Source: an uncultured Armatimonadia bacterium (GTDB taxonomy: Bacteria; Armatimonadota; Zipacnadia; CAVVLO01). From it: DNA of 64,000 nt. The stretch lies in the NCBI GenBank assembly GCA_963749155.1, contig CAVVLO010000002.1:640001-704000 (forward strand), in the 5' to 3' direction. The notes under the pieces are model-generated. The model saw only the letters and a program-made list of their open reading frames with translations. It did not search any database and had not been told where the DNA came from. Both the position numbers and the translations under genes were made by a program. Below, piece by piece: positions 41,447-52,231 of the stretch; positions within the stretch are counted from its first letter, which is position 1, and the number at the start of each line of letters is the position of its first letter.

Positions 41447-41569
41447 TCTCAAGGCAGCTACCAAATAAGTAAGGCTCCTAAAAGGCAGGCCGGGCTTAGT
41501 ACCTCGAAACAAGCCACAAGTTAGCCTCTCTTCCTCCTTACACTGGGTTCTGGTAAGCTGCTTCTACTT

Positions 41570-42894
41570 ATGAGCGAGCCTGAACGCACCTTCTACCTCG
41601 AGACTTTCGGCTGCCAGATGAGCGAGCATGACTCCGAGCGCATCGCCGGGGTGCTCGCTGCCGCAGGCTGGGTCCGCGTAGAGACTCCAGGCGAGGCGGA
41701 ACTGCTGCTGATCAACACCTGCGCGGTGCGCGAGAAGCCAGAACATAAGGTCTATTCGCGCCTCGGAGAACTGCGCAAGGGCGCAAAACCAGGCGTCAAA
41801 CCCGTCCTCGGACTGTGCGGGTGTGTTGCCCAAATACGTGGAGAACACCTGCTGAGAGACCTTCCCCACCTGGATTTCGTCATCGGCACGGGAGCCATCA
41901 GCGCGCTGCCCGAGTTAGTCCAACAGGCCTTCGAGGGACGGCGTAGCGCGCGGCTCGAGTTCGACCATCATCACGAAGAACTCTGGCGCGCTGCCGAGAC
42001 GCTCCGGACCGCCTTCGGCATACGTCTCCATAATGCACGGCTGCAACAACTGGTGCGCCTATTGCGTGGTGCCCGCGGCGCGCGGGCCAGAGGTCAGCAG
42101 GCCCCTGCCGGAACTGGTCGAGGAGGTTCGCACCCTCGCGGAGCAGGGCTACACCGAGGTCACGCTGCTCGGGCAGAACGTAAACAGCTATGCGCAGGAC
42201 CTGGCGGCGGGCTATGACTTCCCCGACTTGCTGGCAGCGCTGGACGAGATCGAGGGGCTGCGGCGCATACGGTTCACCACCAGCCATCCAAAGGATGTGC
42301 CTGACCGGCTGATAGAGGCGATGGGGAGCCTGGGCAAGGTGTGCGAGCACTTCCACCTGGCGGTACAGGCGGGCGATGATGAAGTGCTGCAGCGGATGAG
42401 GCGGCGCTATACGGCGGCGCAGTTCATCGAGCTAACGGACAAGCTACGCGCGGGTGTGCCTGGCATCAGCATCACGACGGATGCGATAGTTGGCTTCCCC
42501 GGCGAGACGCCCGAGCAGTTCGAGCGCACGCTGGAGTTGTTCAAGCGAGTGCGTTTCGATCAGGCCTTTATGTTCGAGTATTCTGACAGGCCTGGGACGG
42601 CCGCCGCCGAACTGGAACCCAAGATTCCGAAACCTGAGAAAAATCGCAGGCTGCGCGAGCTGGCAGCGCTGCAGAACGCCACCAGCCGCGAGATCAACGC
42701 CGCGCTGGTCGGGCAGAGCTTCGAGGTGCTGGTGACAGGCGCAAGCCCAAAGGACGCCAGCCAAGCTGATGGGACGCACCCGGCAAAACAAGACGATGAT
42801 CTTCGAAGGCCCAGCGGAATTGGTCGGCGGCTTTGCCCACGTAACCGCCAGGAAAGCCTTCCTCTGGGGCTTCACAGGAGAACTGGATGGCTGA
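41570..42894 (+). CDS. miaB: tRNA-2-methylthio-N6-dimethylallyladenosine synthase; frame breaks near 41985 and 42761
   Basis: TFGCQMSEHDSE, NTCAVREK, GCNNWCAYCVVP, TTSHP, VGFPGET, TRAM-domain GRTRQNK. Confidence 0.93.
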
Positions 42895-45527
42895 GCTGAA
42901 GCTCACCCCAATGCTGCAGCAATACAAGGCGCTGAAAGAGCGTTATCCCGAGGCGCTGCTGCTTTTCAGGCTGGGGGACTTCTACGAGCTGTTCGGGGAC
43001 GATGCCCTCATCGCAAGCAAGCTGCTGGAGCTGACCCTGACCGCGCGCGAGATAGGCAAAGGGCAGAAGCTGCCGATGTGCGGCGTGCCCCACCATGCGG
43101 TGCAACGGTATATCGCAAAACTCTTGCAGGCGGGTTACAAAGCGGCTATCTGCGACCAGGTCGAAGATCCCCGGTTTACCAAGAAGCTGGTCAAGCGCGA
43201 TGTGACGCGCGTCCTCACGCCAGGCACAGTGGTGGAAGATGACATCCTGCAATCCGGAAACAGCAACTACCTCGCCTCTCTGGCTTCGGACGGGGAGCTT
43301 GCGGCCTGTGCCTTCCTCGAAGTGTCCACTGGAGAGTTCTCGGTAACGCGGTTTGCAGGGCAAGGCGCACTGGCGAAGGCCGTGGCAGAGCTGGAACGCC
43401 GCAGTGTGGCAGAACTGCTGGTCGAAGAAGACCCGGCAATCGGCCTGGCGATCAAGCAACTCGTTGACGAGACCCATCTGGTGGTCTCCAAGCTGGATGG
43501 CGCCTGGGTGCTGGAGACGCCGCGCGAGGTGCTGCTCAGGCAACTGAAGACGGCTTCACTCGAGGGCTTCGGGTTGGAGGGAGAGGCGCTCTGCCAGCAG
43601 GCGGCAGCAGCCTTGCTGCTGTACCTCAGGCGCAATCAACTTTCCGGGACTGGAACACGTCACTGGGCTGTCGTTCTACTCGGTCGGCGAGTTTATGACA
43701 CTGGACGCCGACACTCGGCGCAACCTCGAACTCGTTGAACCGCTGTTCGACCGGGGTAAATCACTTTTTGATGTGCTGAACCAGACTTCGACGCGGATGG
43801 GCGCGCGACTGCTCAAGCGCTGGCTGCTTGAGCCTCTGCTGTCACTTGAGGCTTGCGAGCAGCGCCTGGGCGCGGTGGAATCGCTGGTGAACGATCCTGC
43901 CTCCAGAGAGCAACTGCGCGAGCAGCTTGCCGGACTTTACGATTTGGAAAGACTGACCGGGCGCGTGACGGCAAGGACGGCCAGCCCGCGCGATCTGGTG
44001 GCCTTGAAGCTTTCGCTGCAGCGACTGCCTGCACTGGAGGCTCTGCTCGAGCCACTGACCTCCGTAAGCGACCTGCTGGCCTTGTTGAAGTCGGCGTTGG
44101 GCGAGTTCGGCCCGCTAGTGGAGGCACTTGAGAAGGCTCTGGTAGAGGAGCCACCCCTCCTGATAACCGAAGGAGGGCTAATCAAACCGGCCTATTCGAC
44201 CGAACTCGACGAACTGCGCGTAAAGAGTCGAAACGCAAAGCAGTGGATAGCCGAATTGCAGGTCCGAGAACGCGAGCGGACGGGGATTACCACTCTCAAA
44301 GTCGGCTTCAACTCGGTATTTGGCTATTACATCGAGATAACGAACGCCAACCGAGACCGCGTACCGGAGGATTATCACCGCAAGCAGACTCTGGCCAATG
44401 CCGAGCGCTATATCACACCCGAGCTGAAAGAATATGAAGAGCTAGTCTTGCACGCCACCGAGCGCATCAACGCGCTGGAGCAGCAGCTCTTCACCGACCT
44501 GAGGGAGCTTGCGGCAAGTGAAGGCGGGGCGCTTATCGAGACCGCGCGGGCACTGGCTGGGCTGGACGTGCTGGCCTGCTTCGCCCAAAACGCGGCGGAG
44601 CGCCATTACATAAGACCAGCGCTCGATGAGGGCGATGAGATTTTTGTGAAGGCAGGGCGTCATCCTGTCGTCGAGCTTACGCTGGAGGCCCCCTTTGTCC
44701 CCAACGATGTGCGGCTGGACAATGAAGAACAGCAACTGCTGATCCTCACCGGGCCGAATATGGCAGGCAAGTCCACCTACCTCAGGCAGGTGGCGCTGCT
44801 GGTGCTGATGGCGCAGGTGGGCAGCTTCGTACCGGCCCAGGAAGCGCGCATCGGCCTGGTGGATCGCATCTTCACACGCATCGGGGCGCGCGATGACCTG
44901 GCCAGCGGGCGCAGCACCTTTATGGTCGAGATGACCGAGACAGCCAATCTGCTAAACAACGCGACCTCGAAGAGCCTCGTCGTGCTGGATGAGGTCGGGC
45001 GTGGCACCAGCACCTTCGATGGCGTGGCGCTGGCGTGGGCCGTGTGCGAGTTCCTCCATGGGAAAAACGGCGAGGGCGTGAAGACGCTGTTCGCGACCCA
45101 TTACCATCACCTTAACGAGCTTGAGAACCTGCTGCCCAGGGCGCGTAACTACCGGGTCGAGGTGGATGAGCGCGGCGACTCGATTGTCTTCCTGCGCAAC
45201 ATCGTGGCAGGGGCAACGGACAGGTCTTACGGCCTGCAGGTGGCGCGGTTGGCAGGGCTTCCCCAGGAGGTTATTGAGCGCGCCAAACATGTGCTCTGGA
45301 CGCTTGAGCAAGAACACGCGGCGCCCGAACCGAGTCTTGCGGCGGCGAAGGAGATCCAGTTACCAGCCCAGTTGGTGCTCTTCGATGTAGCGCCGGATGT
45401 GATTGGAGAGGAAGTGCTGAAACTCGACCTCGATGCGATGACGCCAATCGAGGCCCTAAACACACTCAACCAGCTCAAGCAGAAGGCCAGGCGCAAACAG
45501 GCGGAGGAGAAGAAGGGTGGAGCGTGA
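42887..45527 (+). CDS. mutS: DNA mismatch repair protein MutS; +1 G near 43647
   Basis: TPMLQQY, GDFYELF, TGPNMAGKSTY, STFMVEM, DEVGRGTST, ATHY; removing one G gives QLSGLEHVTGL and one ORF. Confidence 0.96.
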
Positions 45528-47337
45528 GCCGCGTATCAGGGTGATGGACCCCTCCCTCGCCAACCAGATAGCCGCTGGCGAGGTGGTCGAACGGCCCGCT
45601 TCTGTGGTGAAGGAGCTTATTGAGAATGCTCTCGATGCAGGCGCGACGCGCATCGAGCTGGAAGCGACCGCCGGCGGGCGGAGCCTGCTCAGGATTACAG
45701 ACAACGGCAGCGGGATGAACCAGCAGGAAGCTATCCTGGCCTTTGAACGGTTCGCCACAAGCAAGCTGACAAGCGCCGATGACCTTGAGCAGATTGGCAC
45801 GCTGGGCTTCCGGGGAGAGGCGCTGCCAAGTATTGCTTCGGTCGCCAAAATATTGCTGCTGACGAGGGAGCCTGACAGCCCAGAGGGCACGCGCGTCGAA
45901 ATCAACTACGGCGAGGTGCTGGACTATTCTACCGCCGGCTGCCCGGTCGGCACCAGCCTCACGATACGCGACCTGTTTCGCAACGTCCCAGCGCGGCTGA
46001 AGTATCTGCGCGCCCCCGGTACCGAAGCCAGGCATATCACCGAGCGAGTGCAGCTCTACGTACTGGCCTTTCCCGAGGTCGAGTGGCGGCTTGTGCAAGA
46101 TGAAAAAATGAAGCTGCTGCATAACACCGGGCGGATGGACGGCGCGCTGCTCGCGGTGCTGGGCAGAGAGGCACAGCAGAACCTGATTCCCGTAGAACAG
46201 GACTTCGGCAGCTTCAAAGTAAGTGGTTATCTCAGCCAGCCGAGTTTCGGCAAGGCCTCTCGGGCGTATCAGTTTTTCTTCGTCAACCGCCGCCCAGTAG
46301 AGAGCAAGATGCTCTCATACGCGGTGTTCGATGCCTATCAGGGATTAATCACGCCCGGGCAGCATCCTGTTGTGGTGTTGAACCTTACGATGCCGACGCA
46401 TCTGGTTGATCCCAATGTGCATCCCCAGAAATTGGAGGTGCGCTTCGCCCACAGCCTGCAGGTGCTGGAGCAGACGCGCGAGGCCCTGCGCGGGGCGCTG
46501 GATGCGGCGCGCGGTCAGTCGGGGCTCAGGCCTACCAGCCTGCCAGGCCGCAGCGAGCCTGCCCAGCCCTTCGAGCCAGGCCGACCGGTGGAGCAAAGCT
46601 TTGGTGGGGGCAGCGCGCCTTTTTCGAATGCCAGCCAGCCGACCGCCCAGCAACTTGGGCTCCAGTATGAGCCTCCCTCAACCCAGGGGGTGCGCGAATC
46701 TCACCTGGCCCGCGAGCTGCAGTCGCGCAGGGATTCCACGCGAGAGGCCAGCCTCGAAGATGCGGACCTGGTACCGCTTGGGGCCTTCCACAACACCTAT
46801 CTGCTGGTTGCGCGCGGGCAGGACTTGATGCTGATTGACCAGCATGCGGCCCACGAACGCATCCTCTATGACCGCTTCCAACAAGATGTGGCGAAAGCGG
46901 AGGAGAACAAGCAGGAGCTATTGACCCCGCTGACGCTGGAGCTCACCAGTCCTCAATATGACGCGCTTTCCGAGCATCTGGAACTGCTTGCCAAACTCGG
47001 TTTTGGACTGGAGCCCTTCGGCGAGACAACCCTGCTGGTGACAGCGCTTCCCAATTATGTGGCCTCGGGCGAGGCGGCACGGGTAATAACGGAGTTCGCC
47101 GATGAGATACTGGAATCGGGCGATGCGCCTGATGTGGAGGCGAAAGTCCACAGCGCGCTGGCGACGATGGCCTGCAAGGCGGCAGTGAAGGCGGGAGAGC
47201 CGCTCTCCTACCAGGAGCTTGTGGCGCTGCTGCGCGACCTGCTGAGGACCACTTCGCCTTATACCTGTCCCCACGGCAGACCAACGACGGTGGCGCTGTC
47301 CCTCGACCAGTTGGAGAAGCTCTTCAAACGGAAATGA
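45517..47337 (+). CDS. mutL: DNA mismatch repair endonuclease MutL
   Basis: IAAGEVVERPASVVKELIEN, GFRGEAL, DQHAAHER, ACK, CPHGRP. Confidence 0.97.
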   Translation: MEREPRIRVMDPSLANQIAAGEVVERPASVVKELIENALDAGATRIELEATAGGRSLLRITDNGSGMNQQEAILAFERFATSKLTSADDLEQIGTLGFRGEALPSIASVAKILLLTREPDSPEGTRVEINYGEVLDYSTAGCPVGTSLTIRDLFRNVPARLKYLRAPGTEARHITERVQLYVLAFPEVEWRLVQDEKMKLLHNTGRMDGALLAVLGREAQQNLIPVEQDFGSFKVSGYLSQPSFGKASRAYQFFFVNRRPVESKMLSYAVFDAYQGLITPGQHPVVVLNLTMPTHLVDPNVHPQKLEVRFAHSLQVLEQTREALRGALDAARGQSGLRPTSLPGRSEPAQPFEPGRPVEQSFGGGSAPFSNASQPTAQQLGLQYEPPSTQGVRESHLARELQSRRDSTREASLEDADLVPLGAFHNTYLLVARGQDLMLIDQHAAHERILYDRFQQDVAKAEENKQELLTPLTLELTSPQYDALSEHLELLAKLGFGLEPFGETTLLVTALPNYVASGEAARVITEFADEILESGDAPDVEAKVHSALATMACKAAVKAGEPLSYQELVALLRDLLRTTSPYTCPHGRPTTVALSLDQLEKLFKRK

Positions 47338-48312
47338 GCCTCGATACCAGCCAGTTGAAAGTCCTAGTAATCGTTGGGCCAACCGCCTCGGGCAAGTCGG
47401 CGCTGGCGATGGAGCTTGCGCGCCGGCACTCGGGAGAGATAATCTCAGCTGATTCGATGCAGGTCTACCGCGGAATGGACCTTGGCACCGCCAAGCCCAC
47501 ACCCGAAGAGCGTGCCCAAATCCCCCATCATATGCTGGACCTGGTTGAACCTGGCGCCGAATACAGCATTGCGCAGTTTCAACAGCAGGGACGCGAAGTG
47601 GTGGCGGACATCGCCGCCAGGAGCAAGCTGCCCCTCGTGGTCGGCGGTTCTGGCCTGTATGTGAGAGCCCTGATTGACGACCTGGAGTTACCCGAAGCGA
47701 ACAGCTCATCGAAGCTGCGCGAGGAGCTGGAAGCAAGAATTGCAGCCAAGGGACTGCCCGCACTGTGGGATGAGCTTCACCAGGTGGACCCCGAGACCGC
47801 TCTCAGAATCGACAGGAACAATCCCAGGCGCGTGATAAGGGCGATGGAAATCTGGCTGGAGACCGGGATCAAGCCCAGTCAGCAGGCTTCCGGCGCGTTT
47901 GACCGCCCCCCTCGCAGTATATATAATGCCGCTTTGACAGGCCTTCTTGTGCGCCGCGAAGCCCTCTATGCCGCCATTGAAGCCCGGGCCCTAACTGATG
48001 CTCGCGCAGGGGCTCGTCGAGGAGACGCGCGAGCTGATCGAACGAGGCGTCAGTCACGACTCTCAAGCCTTGCAAGCGTTAGGTTACAAGCAACTTGTGC
48101 CCTATCTGAAAGGTGAATATAGCCTGGAGGAAGCCCTCAGGCTTATCAAGCGAGATACGCGCCGGTTCGCAAAACGGCAATATACCTGGTTCAAAGCCGA
48201 TCCGCGTATCAGTTGGCTGGAGACCGAGCAGTATCCAGACTTTTGCAAGTTGGCCGAGGCAGCCTGGCAGCAGGCCGAGAAGGCTTGGCAACAATCGGAA
48301 TCCGTCACTTAG
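47334..48312 (+). CDS. miaA: tRNA dimethylallyltransferase; +1 base near 47992
   Basis: GPTASGKS, DSMQVYRGMDLGTAKP, ALGYKQ, AKRQYTWF. Confidence 0.95.
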
Positions 48313-48344
48313 ACGGGTGCTTCTCAAGTGGGAGGAAGCTTCTA

Positions 48345-49190
48345 ATGATAGATTTCGTAAAGATGCATGGCTCAGGCAATGATTTTGTAATGGTTGACCA
48401 GTTCTCTGGCGCCAATCAGTTTACACTTTCCTACCCCGAAGCTGCCCGTAAACTGTGTGACCGCAATTTCGGCATCGGCGCTGATGGACTTATCCTGGTG
48501 CTTCCCTCTGCCAAAGCTGACTTCCAGATGCGTATCTTCAATCCCGATGGGTCAGAGGCAGAGATGTGCGGTAATGGCATCCGGTGCTTCGCCAAGCTGG
48601 TCTTCGACAAGGGCTACACCAAAGATGCCGCCTTCACGGTGGAGACGCTTGCCGGTATCCGCAATCCGCTCATAGTGGAATCTGGGAATCCCGCCACGCT
48701 GGTTGAGGTAAAGATGGGCGAGCCGCGGCTGGATCGCAGCCAGATCCCAATGCTGGGCCCCGAGGGACGCGTTGTGGACGAGGTGCTGGACATTGATGTA
48801 GCCAGGCTGCGTGTCACCTGCGTCAATATGGGCAATCCTCACTGTGTCACTTTCGTGGACGACGTGACCGCCTTCGATGTCGAAACCATCGGGCCTTTTG
48901 TAGAAGAGAACAGGGCCTTCCCCGAGCACACCAACGCCGAATTCGTCGAGGTTATAAGCAAAGACGAACTCAAGATGCGCGTCTGGGAACGCGGCGCCGG
49001 AGAGACCCTCGCCTGCGGCACAGGCGCGTCGGCTTCGGTCGTAGCCGCGGTGCTCAACGGACTTACCGACCGCAAGGTCACCGTGCACCTGCTGGGCGGC
49101 AATCTGCTGATAGACTGGCGCGAATCTGACAATGTAGTCAAAATGACCGGCCCAGCCGAGCAGGTGTTTACAGGCCAGATAGAACTCTAA
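48345..49190 (+). CDS. dapF: Diaminopimelate epimerase
   Basis: KMHGSGNDF, EMCGNG, GNPH, ERGAGETLACGTG. Confidence 0.97.
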   Translation: MIDFVKMHGSGNDFVMVDQFSGANQFTLSYPEAARKLCDRNFGIGADGLILVLPSAKADFQMRIFNPDGSEAEMCGNGIRCFAKLVFDKGYTKDAAFTVETLAGIRNPLIVESGNPATLVEVKMGEPRLDRSQIPMLGPEGRVVDEVLDIDVARLRVTCVNMGNPHCVTFVDDVTAFDVETIGPFVEENRAFPEHTNAEFVEVISKDELKMRVWERGAGETLACGTGASASVVAAVLNGLTDRKVTVHLLGGNLLIDWRESDNVVKMTGPAEQVFTGQIEL

Positions 49191-49278
49191 ACAATATCAA
49201 TCCAAAGCGTGTTCAAACAGCGACTGATTCCCGACTGGCCTGGGAGTCAGTCGCCGGTTTATCAAAGGGGGCTTTCCA

Positions 49279-50454
49279 ATGTTTCAGAGAGCAAGCAGGA
49301 TGAATCTGCCACCCTATCCTTTCGCAGAGCTTGCCCGGCTGAAAAAAGAAGCCTTGGCAAACGGCGCGGATCTGGTAGATTTGGGCATTGGCGATCCGGA
49401 TCTTGCGACGCCGGATTTCATACTGGACGCGCTGGCCAAGTATTCGCGCGATCCCTTCACCCATCACTATGATGAGCCTGGCAACGGGTTGCCCGAGTTC
49501 CGCCAGGCGGTCGCAGAGTGGTACGAACAGCGGTTCGGTGTGAAGGTGGACGCCGATGCCAATGTGCTGGCGCTTATCGGCTCCAAAGAAGGCATCGCGC
49601 ATCTGCCCTGGGTATACATTGGAACCGGCGATGTCACGCTGGTGCCTGACCCAGGTTATCCCGTCTACCGCAGCAGCACTACCTTCGCGGGCGGAGAGTT
49701 CTACCCGATGGGGCTGAGGCGCGAGGCTGACTTCCTGCCCGATTATTCGGAGATTCCTGCCGACATCGTGGATAAGGCCAAGCTGATGTGGCTGAACTAC
49801 CCCAACAATCCAACAGGCGCCCTCGCGGATGCTGACTTCTACCAGGAAACCGCAGACTTTGCTTCCGAAAACAATATCATCGTCGGCTGCGATATGGCCT
49901 ACAGCGAACTGGCCTACGATGGCGAAAAGCCGGTCAGCTTCCTGCAGGCCCAGGGCGGGCTGGAGTACGGGATAGAGTTCCATAGCTTCAGCAAGACTTT
50001 CTCGATGACCGGCTGGCGTATAGGCTTCGCGGTAGGCAATGAGGAGTTAATCGCTGGACTGACCAAGCTCAAGAGCAACATCGACAGCGGGTTGTTCCGA
50101 GCCATCCAGCTTGCCTGCCTTGACGGGCTGAAGGACGACCATGGGTATATCCAGCAGATGATAGCGCGCTACCAGAAGCGGCGCGATATCCTGTGTGGTG
50201 GACTTAAGGAAGCCGGCTTCGACGTATTCGTTCCGAAGGGGGCCTTCTACGTCTGGATGGCTATCCCCGAGGGTTATACCTCGGCTGATTTCGCAGGGCG
50301 CATGCTGCGCGAGTGCGGTATCCTCTGCACGCCAGGCTCGGCGTATGGCAAGTTTGGCGAGGGATATATCCGGATGGCCCTGACACTTGAGGCCGAGGAT
50401 CCCGAAGGCCGACTCAGAGAAGCGGTCGCACGGGTCAAGCGCGTATTTGGCTAG
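49279..50454 (+). CDS. dapL: LL-diaminopimelate aminotransferase (class I/II PLP)
   Basis: LGIGDPD, GSKEGI, NYPNNPTG, SFSKTFSMTGWRIG; adjacent to dapF. Confidence 0.85.
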   Translation: MFQRASRMNLPPYPFAELARLKKEALANGADLVDLGIGDPDLATPDFILDALAKYSRDPFTHHYDEPGNGLPEFRQAVAEWYEQRFGVKVDADANVLALIGSKEGIAHLPWVYIGTGDVTLVPDPGYPVYRSSTTFAGGEFYPMGLRREADFLPDYSEIPADIVDKAKLMWLNYPNNPTGALADADFYQETADFASENNIIVGCDMAYSELAYDGEKPVSFLQAQGGLEYGIEFHSFSKTFSMTGWRIGFAVGNEELIAGLTKLKSNIDSGLFRAIQLACLDGLKDDHGYIQQMIARYQKRRDILCGGLKEAGFDVFVPKGAFYVWMAIPEGYTSADFAGRMLRECGILCTPGSAYGKFGEGYIRMALTLEAEDPEGRLREAVARVKRVFG

Positions 50455-50476
50455 TTATCGGGAAACAAACTGTTTG

Positions 50477-50509
50477 AAGGGACTCGCTCTTTGGGGCGAG
50501 TCCCTTTTT
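50477..50509. terminator. Terminator between convergent genes
   Basis: AAGGGACTCGCTC-TTTG-GGGCGAGTCCCTT then TTT. Confidence 0.85.
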
Positions 50510-50512
50510 CTG

Positions 50513-51424
50513 TCAGGCAGAAGGTGCGGCCGCCAGCAGCGCGGCAACCCCTGCTTCAAGCAGCTCTTTTTGCTGAAGTTGCCGGAGCCAGCGCTGCGGG
50601 ATGCCCTCGAGCCCATATTTGGCCCCGAGCAGGCAGCCAGCAACAGCGCCTACCGTGTCGGCATCATAGGCATATGTAACCGTTGTCGCGACACCTTCCT
50701 CGAAATCATCAAAATTGAGCAGTGACCAAAGGGCCATCAGAGTCGTGTCAATTACATAGCCTCCGCCCTTGAGGTCGTCCAGCCCAAGCTGTGGCAAGGT
50801 AGAAACGGCCTCGACAACACTCTCATCAAGCCCTTCGGCCAAAGCTGCAATCGTTTTGAAGCTGACTTCCTCGCCCTTGAACAGCTTTATGAGTACGCCA
50901 TCCACCAGGGCGCAGCAATCCTGGCAGCGCGGGTCCCAGTGGGTGAGCGCCGAGACCTGCCGAGACCAGGGGCGCCAGTCGTCCAGCTTGTGGCAGTAAA
51001 CGGCTACAGGGCCACTCCTCATCACGCTGCCATTGCCGGCGGCCGCTTTGCCCGAGTCTTCCCAGACTTTGCGCGAGGCGTCCATCATAGGCATCCCACG
51101 CCAGGCAAGAGCACATACCTCGCGTGTCTGCAGGCCAATGTCAGGCGGACTGCTGTCAAACCAGGCAAGGAACTCGGCCGCAACAGCGTCCAGCTTGAGA
51201 CTGCCAGTCTTGCGAACAGCCTCCATTATGCAGACGGCCATCTGGGTATCGTCCGTCCAGGAGCCGGCAGGCCCCTGGTAGGAAGGCATCAACTCGCGCA
51301 CCAGGCCATATTGGGCGATTCGGGCGGCAGGCAGGTCGAATTCCACCGGCGCGCCGAGGGCGTCGGCAATCGCCGCGCCAAAGATTGCACCCAGGGCGCG
51401 TTCATCAAGTGAGGCTTCCTTCAT
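50513..51424 (-). CDS. ADP-ribosylglycohydrolase family protein
   Basis: ADALGAPVEF, WTDDT, GNGSVMR, DADTVGAVAG. Confidence 0.93.
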   Translation of the reverse strand: MKEASLDERALGAIFGAAIADALGAPVEFDLPAARIAQYGLVRELMPSYQGPAGSWTDDTQMAVCIMEAVRKTGSLKLDAVAAEFLAWFDSSPPDIGLQTREVCALAWRGMPMMDASRKVWEDSGKAAAGNGSVMRSGPVAVYCHKLDDWRPWSRQVSALTHWDPRCQDCCALVDGVLIKLFKGEEVSFKTIAALAEGLDESVVEAVSTLPQLGLDDLKGGGYVIDTTLMALWSLLNFDDFEEGVATTVTYAYDADTVGAVAGCLLGAKYGLEGIPQRWLRQLQQKELLEAGVAALLAAAPSA

Positions 51425-51554
51425 AGTCTCATCACCTTGGTAAAGGTATTCGTCAGAGGATGGCGAATTCTTTCTGTAAGACTTATATGGAACCTTGTCA
51501 CCTGATTTTCGTCAACAAGTTATGTGGGCAATATTATGGACGGAGGTGTGGCCG

Positions 51555-52112
51555 ATGCGACGCATACGGGTTGGTATCGCGATTACACTGGCTTTGGTCG
51601 GAGCAGGTCTACTGCTTGCCGGGTGCGGAGGAGCACTTGGTGGGCTGATAGACATCTACCGAAATGGAGAACTCGATTATTCGGACGAGAGTTTCCCAGA
51701 CGGGTCGCTTTTCGATTGTGTAAATATCAAGGCCTCCACAGATGGCACAATATTCGTGCTGATGGGCAGTGACTACGAATTTGGCGATGTTGATGATCCC
51801 TATGTCTATGTGTTGTATGGCAAGGGTGACACCTGGTATGAAATCAGCGGACTTACCTTGATTGACGAGGATGACGACAGCGGGCCAGACAGCGACGCCT
51901 TTCTCGATTACTACGGCTTCGAAGATGACAACTATACGATAGTGCTGACCACCGCCGGCCCGGGCGATGCTGGTGATTATTATTATCGTATATCGGAAGA
52001 AGATGCAGTGCTCGCTCCAACGATGCGGCAGGAAAGCAGTCTGCCGGAAGGCGCAAAAGGGATGACTTTTGGCGACTACCTGGCCAAGTACCACCCAGAG
52101 AAACTGAAATAA
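51555..52112 (+). CDS. Acidic lipoprotein with PPC-like beta-sandwich domain
   Basis: SD GGAGGTG, lipobox LAGC, DPYVYVL...EDDDSG..SDA pattern. Confidence 0.7.
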   Translation: MRRIRVGIAITLALVGAGLLLAGCGGALGGLIDIYRNGELDYSDESFPDGSLFDCVNIKASTDGTIFVLMGSDYEFGDVDDPYVYVLYGKGDTWYEISGLTLIDEDDDSGPDSDAFLDYYGFEDDNYTIVLTTAGPGDAGDYYYRISEEDAVLAPTMRQESSLPEGAKGMTFGDYLAKYHPEKLK

Positions 52113-52132
52113 CTCAGGCGCAAAACCTGGCG

Positions 52133-52163
52133 ATGCGGTCCGGCCTTCCCGGTCGGGCCGCAT
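52133..52163 (+). terminator. Hairpin after the lipoprotein gene (possible terminator)
   Basis: ATGCGGTCCGGCC-TTCCC-GGTCGGGCCGCAT; weak U-tract. Confidence 0.45.
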
Positions 52164-52191
52164 TGACGTTTGGCGATGCGCGGTATACTAT
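52163..52191 (+). promoter_or_regulatory. Sigma70 promoter of rpoZ-dnaJ-prmA
   Basis: TTGACG-17 nt-TACTAT. Confidence 0.65.
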
Positions 52192-52231
52192 TTGCGGGCA
52201 ATAACGCTGACTGGGATTTGAGGGAGAACTG

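Noticed and set aside
34112..41583. Possible integron cassette array
   Set aside because: No common attC structure (RYYYAAC...GTTRRRY), mixed gene orientations and no IntI; each repeat is different.
42887..45527. mutS as a true pseudogene or programmed frameshift
   Set aside because: A single extra G with otherwise intact motifs and no slippery heptamer; the same +1 pattern affects many unrelated genes.
50513..52112. ADP-ribosylglycohydrolase plus lipoprotein as a toxin-immunity pair
   Set aside because: The genes are divergent and no ADP-ribosyltransferase or secretion-system gene is nearby.
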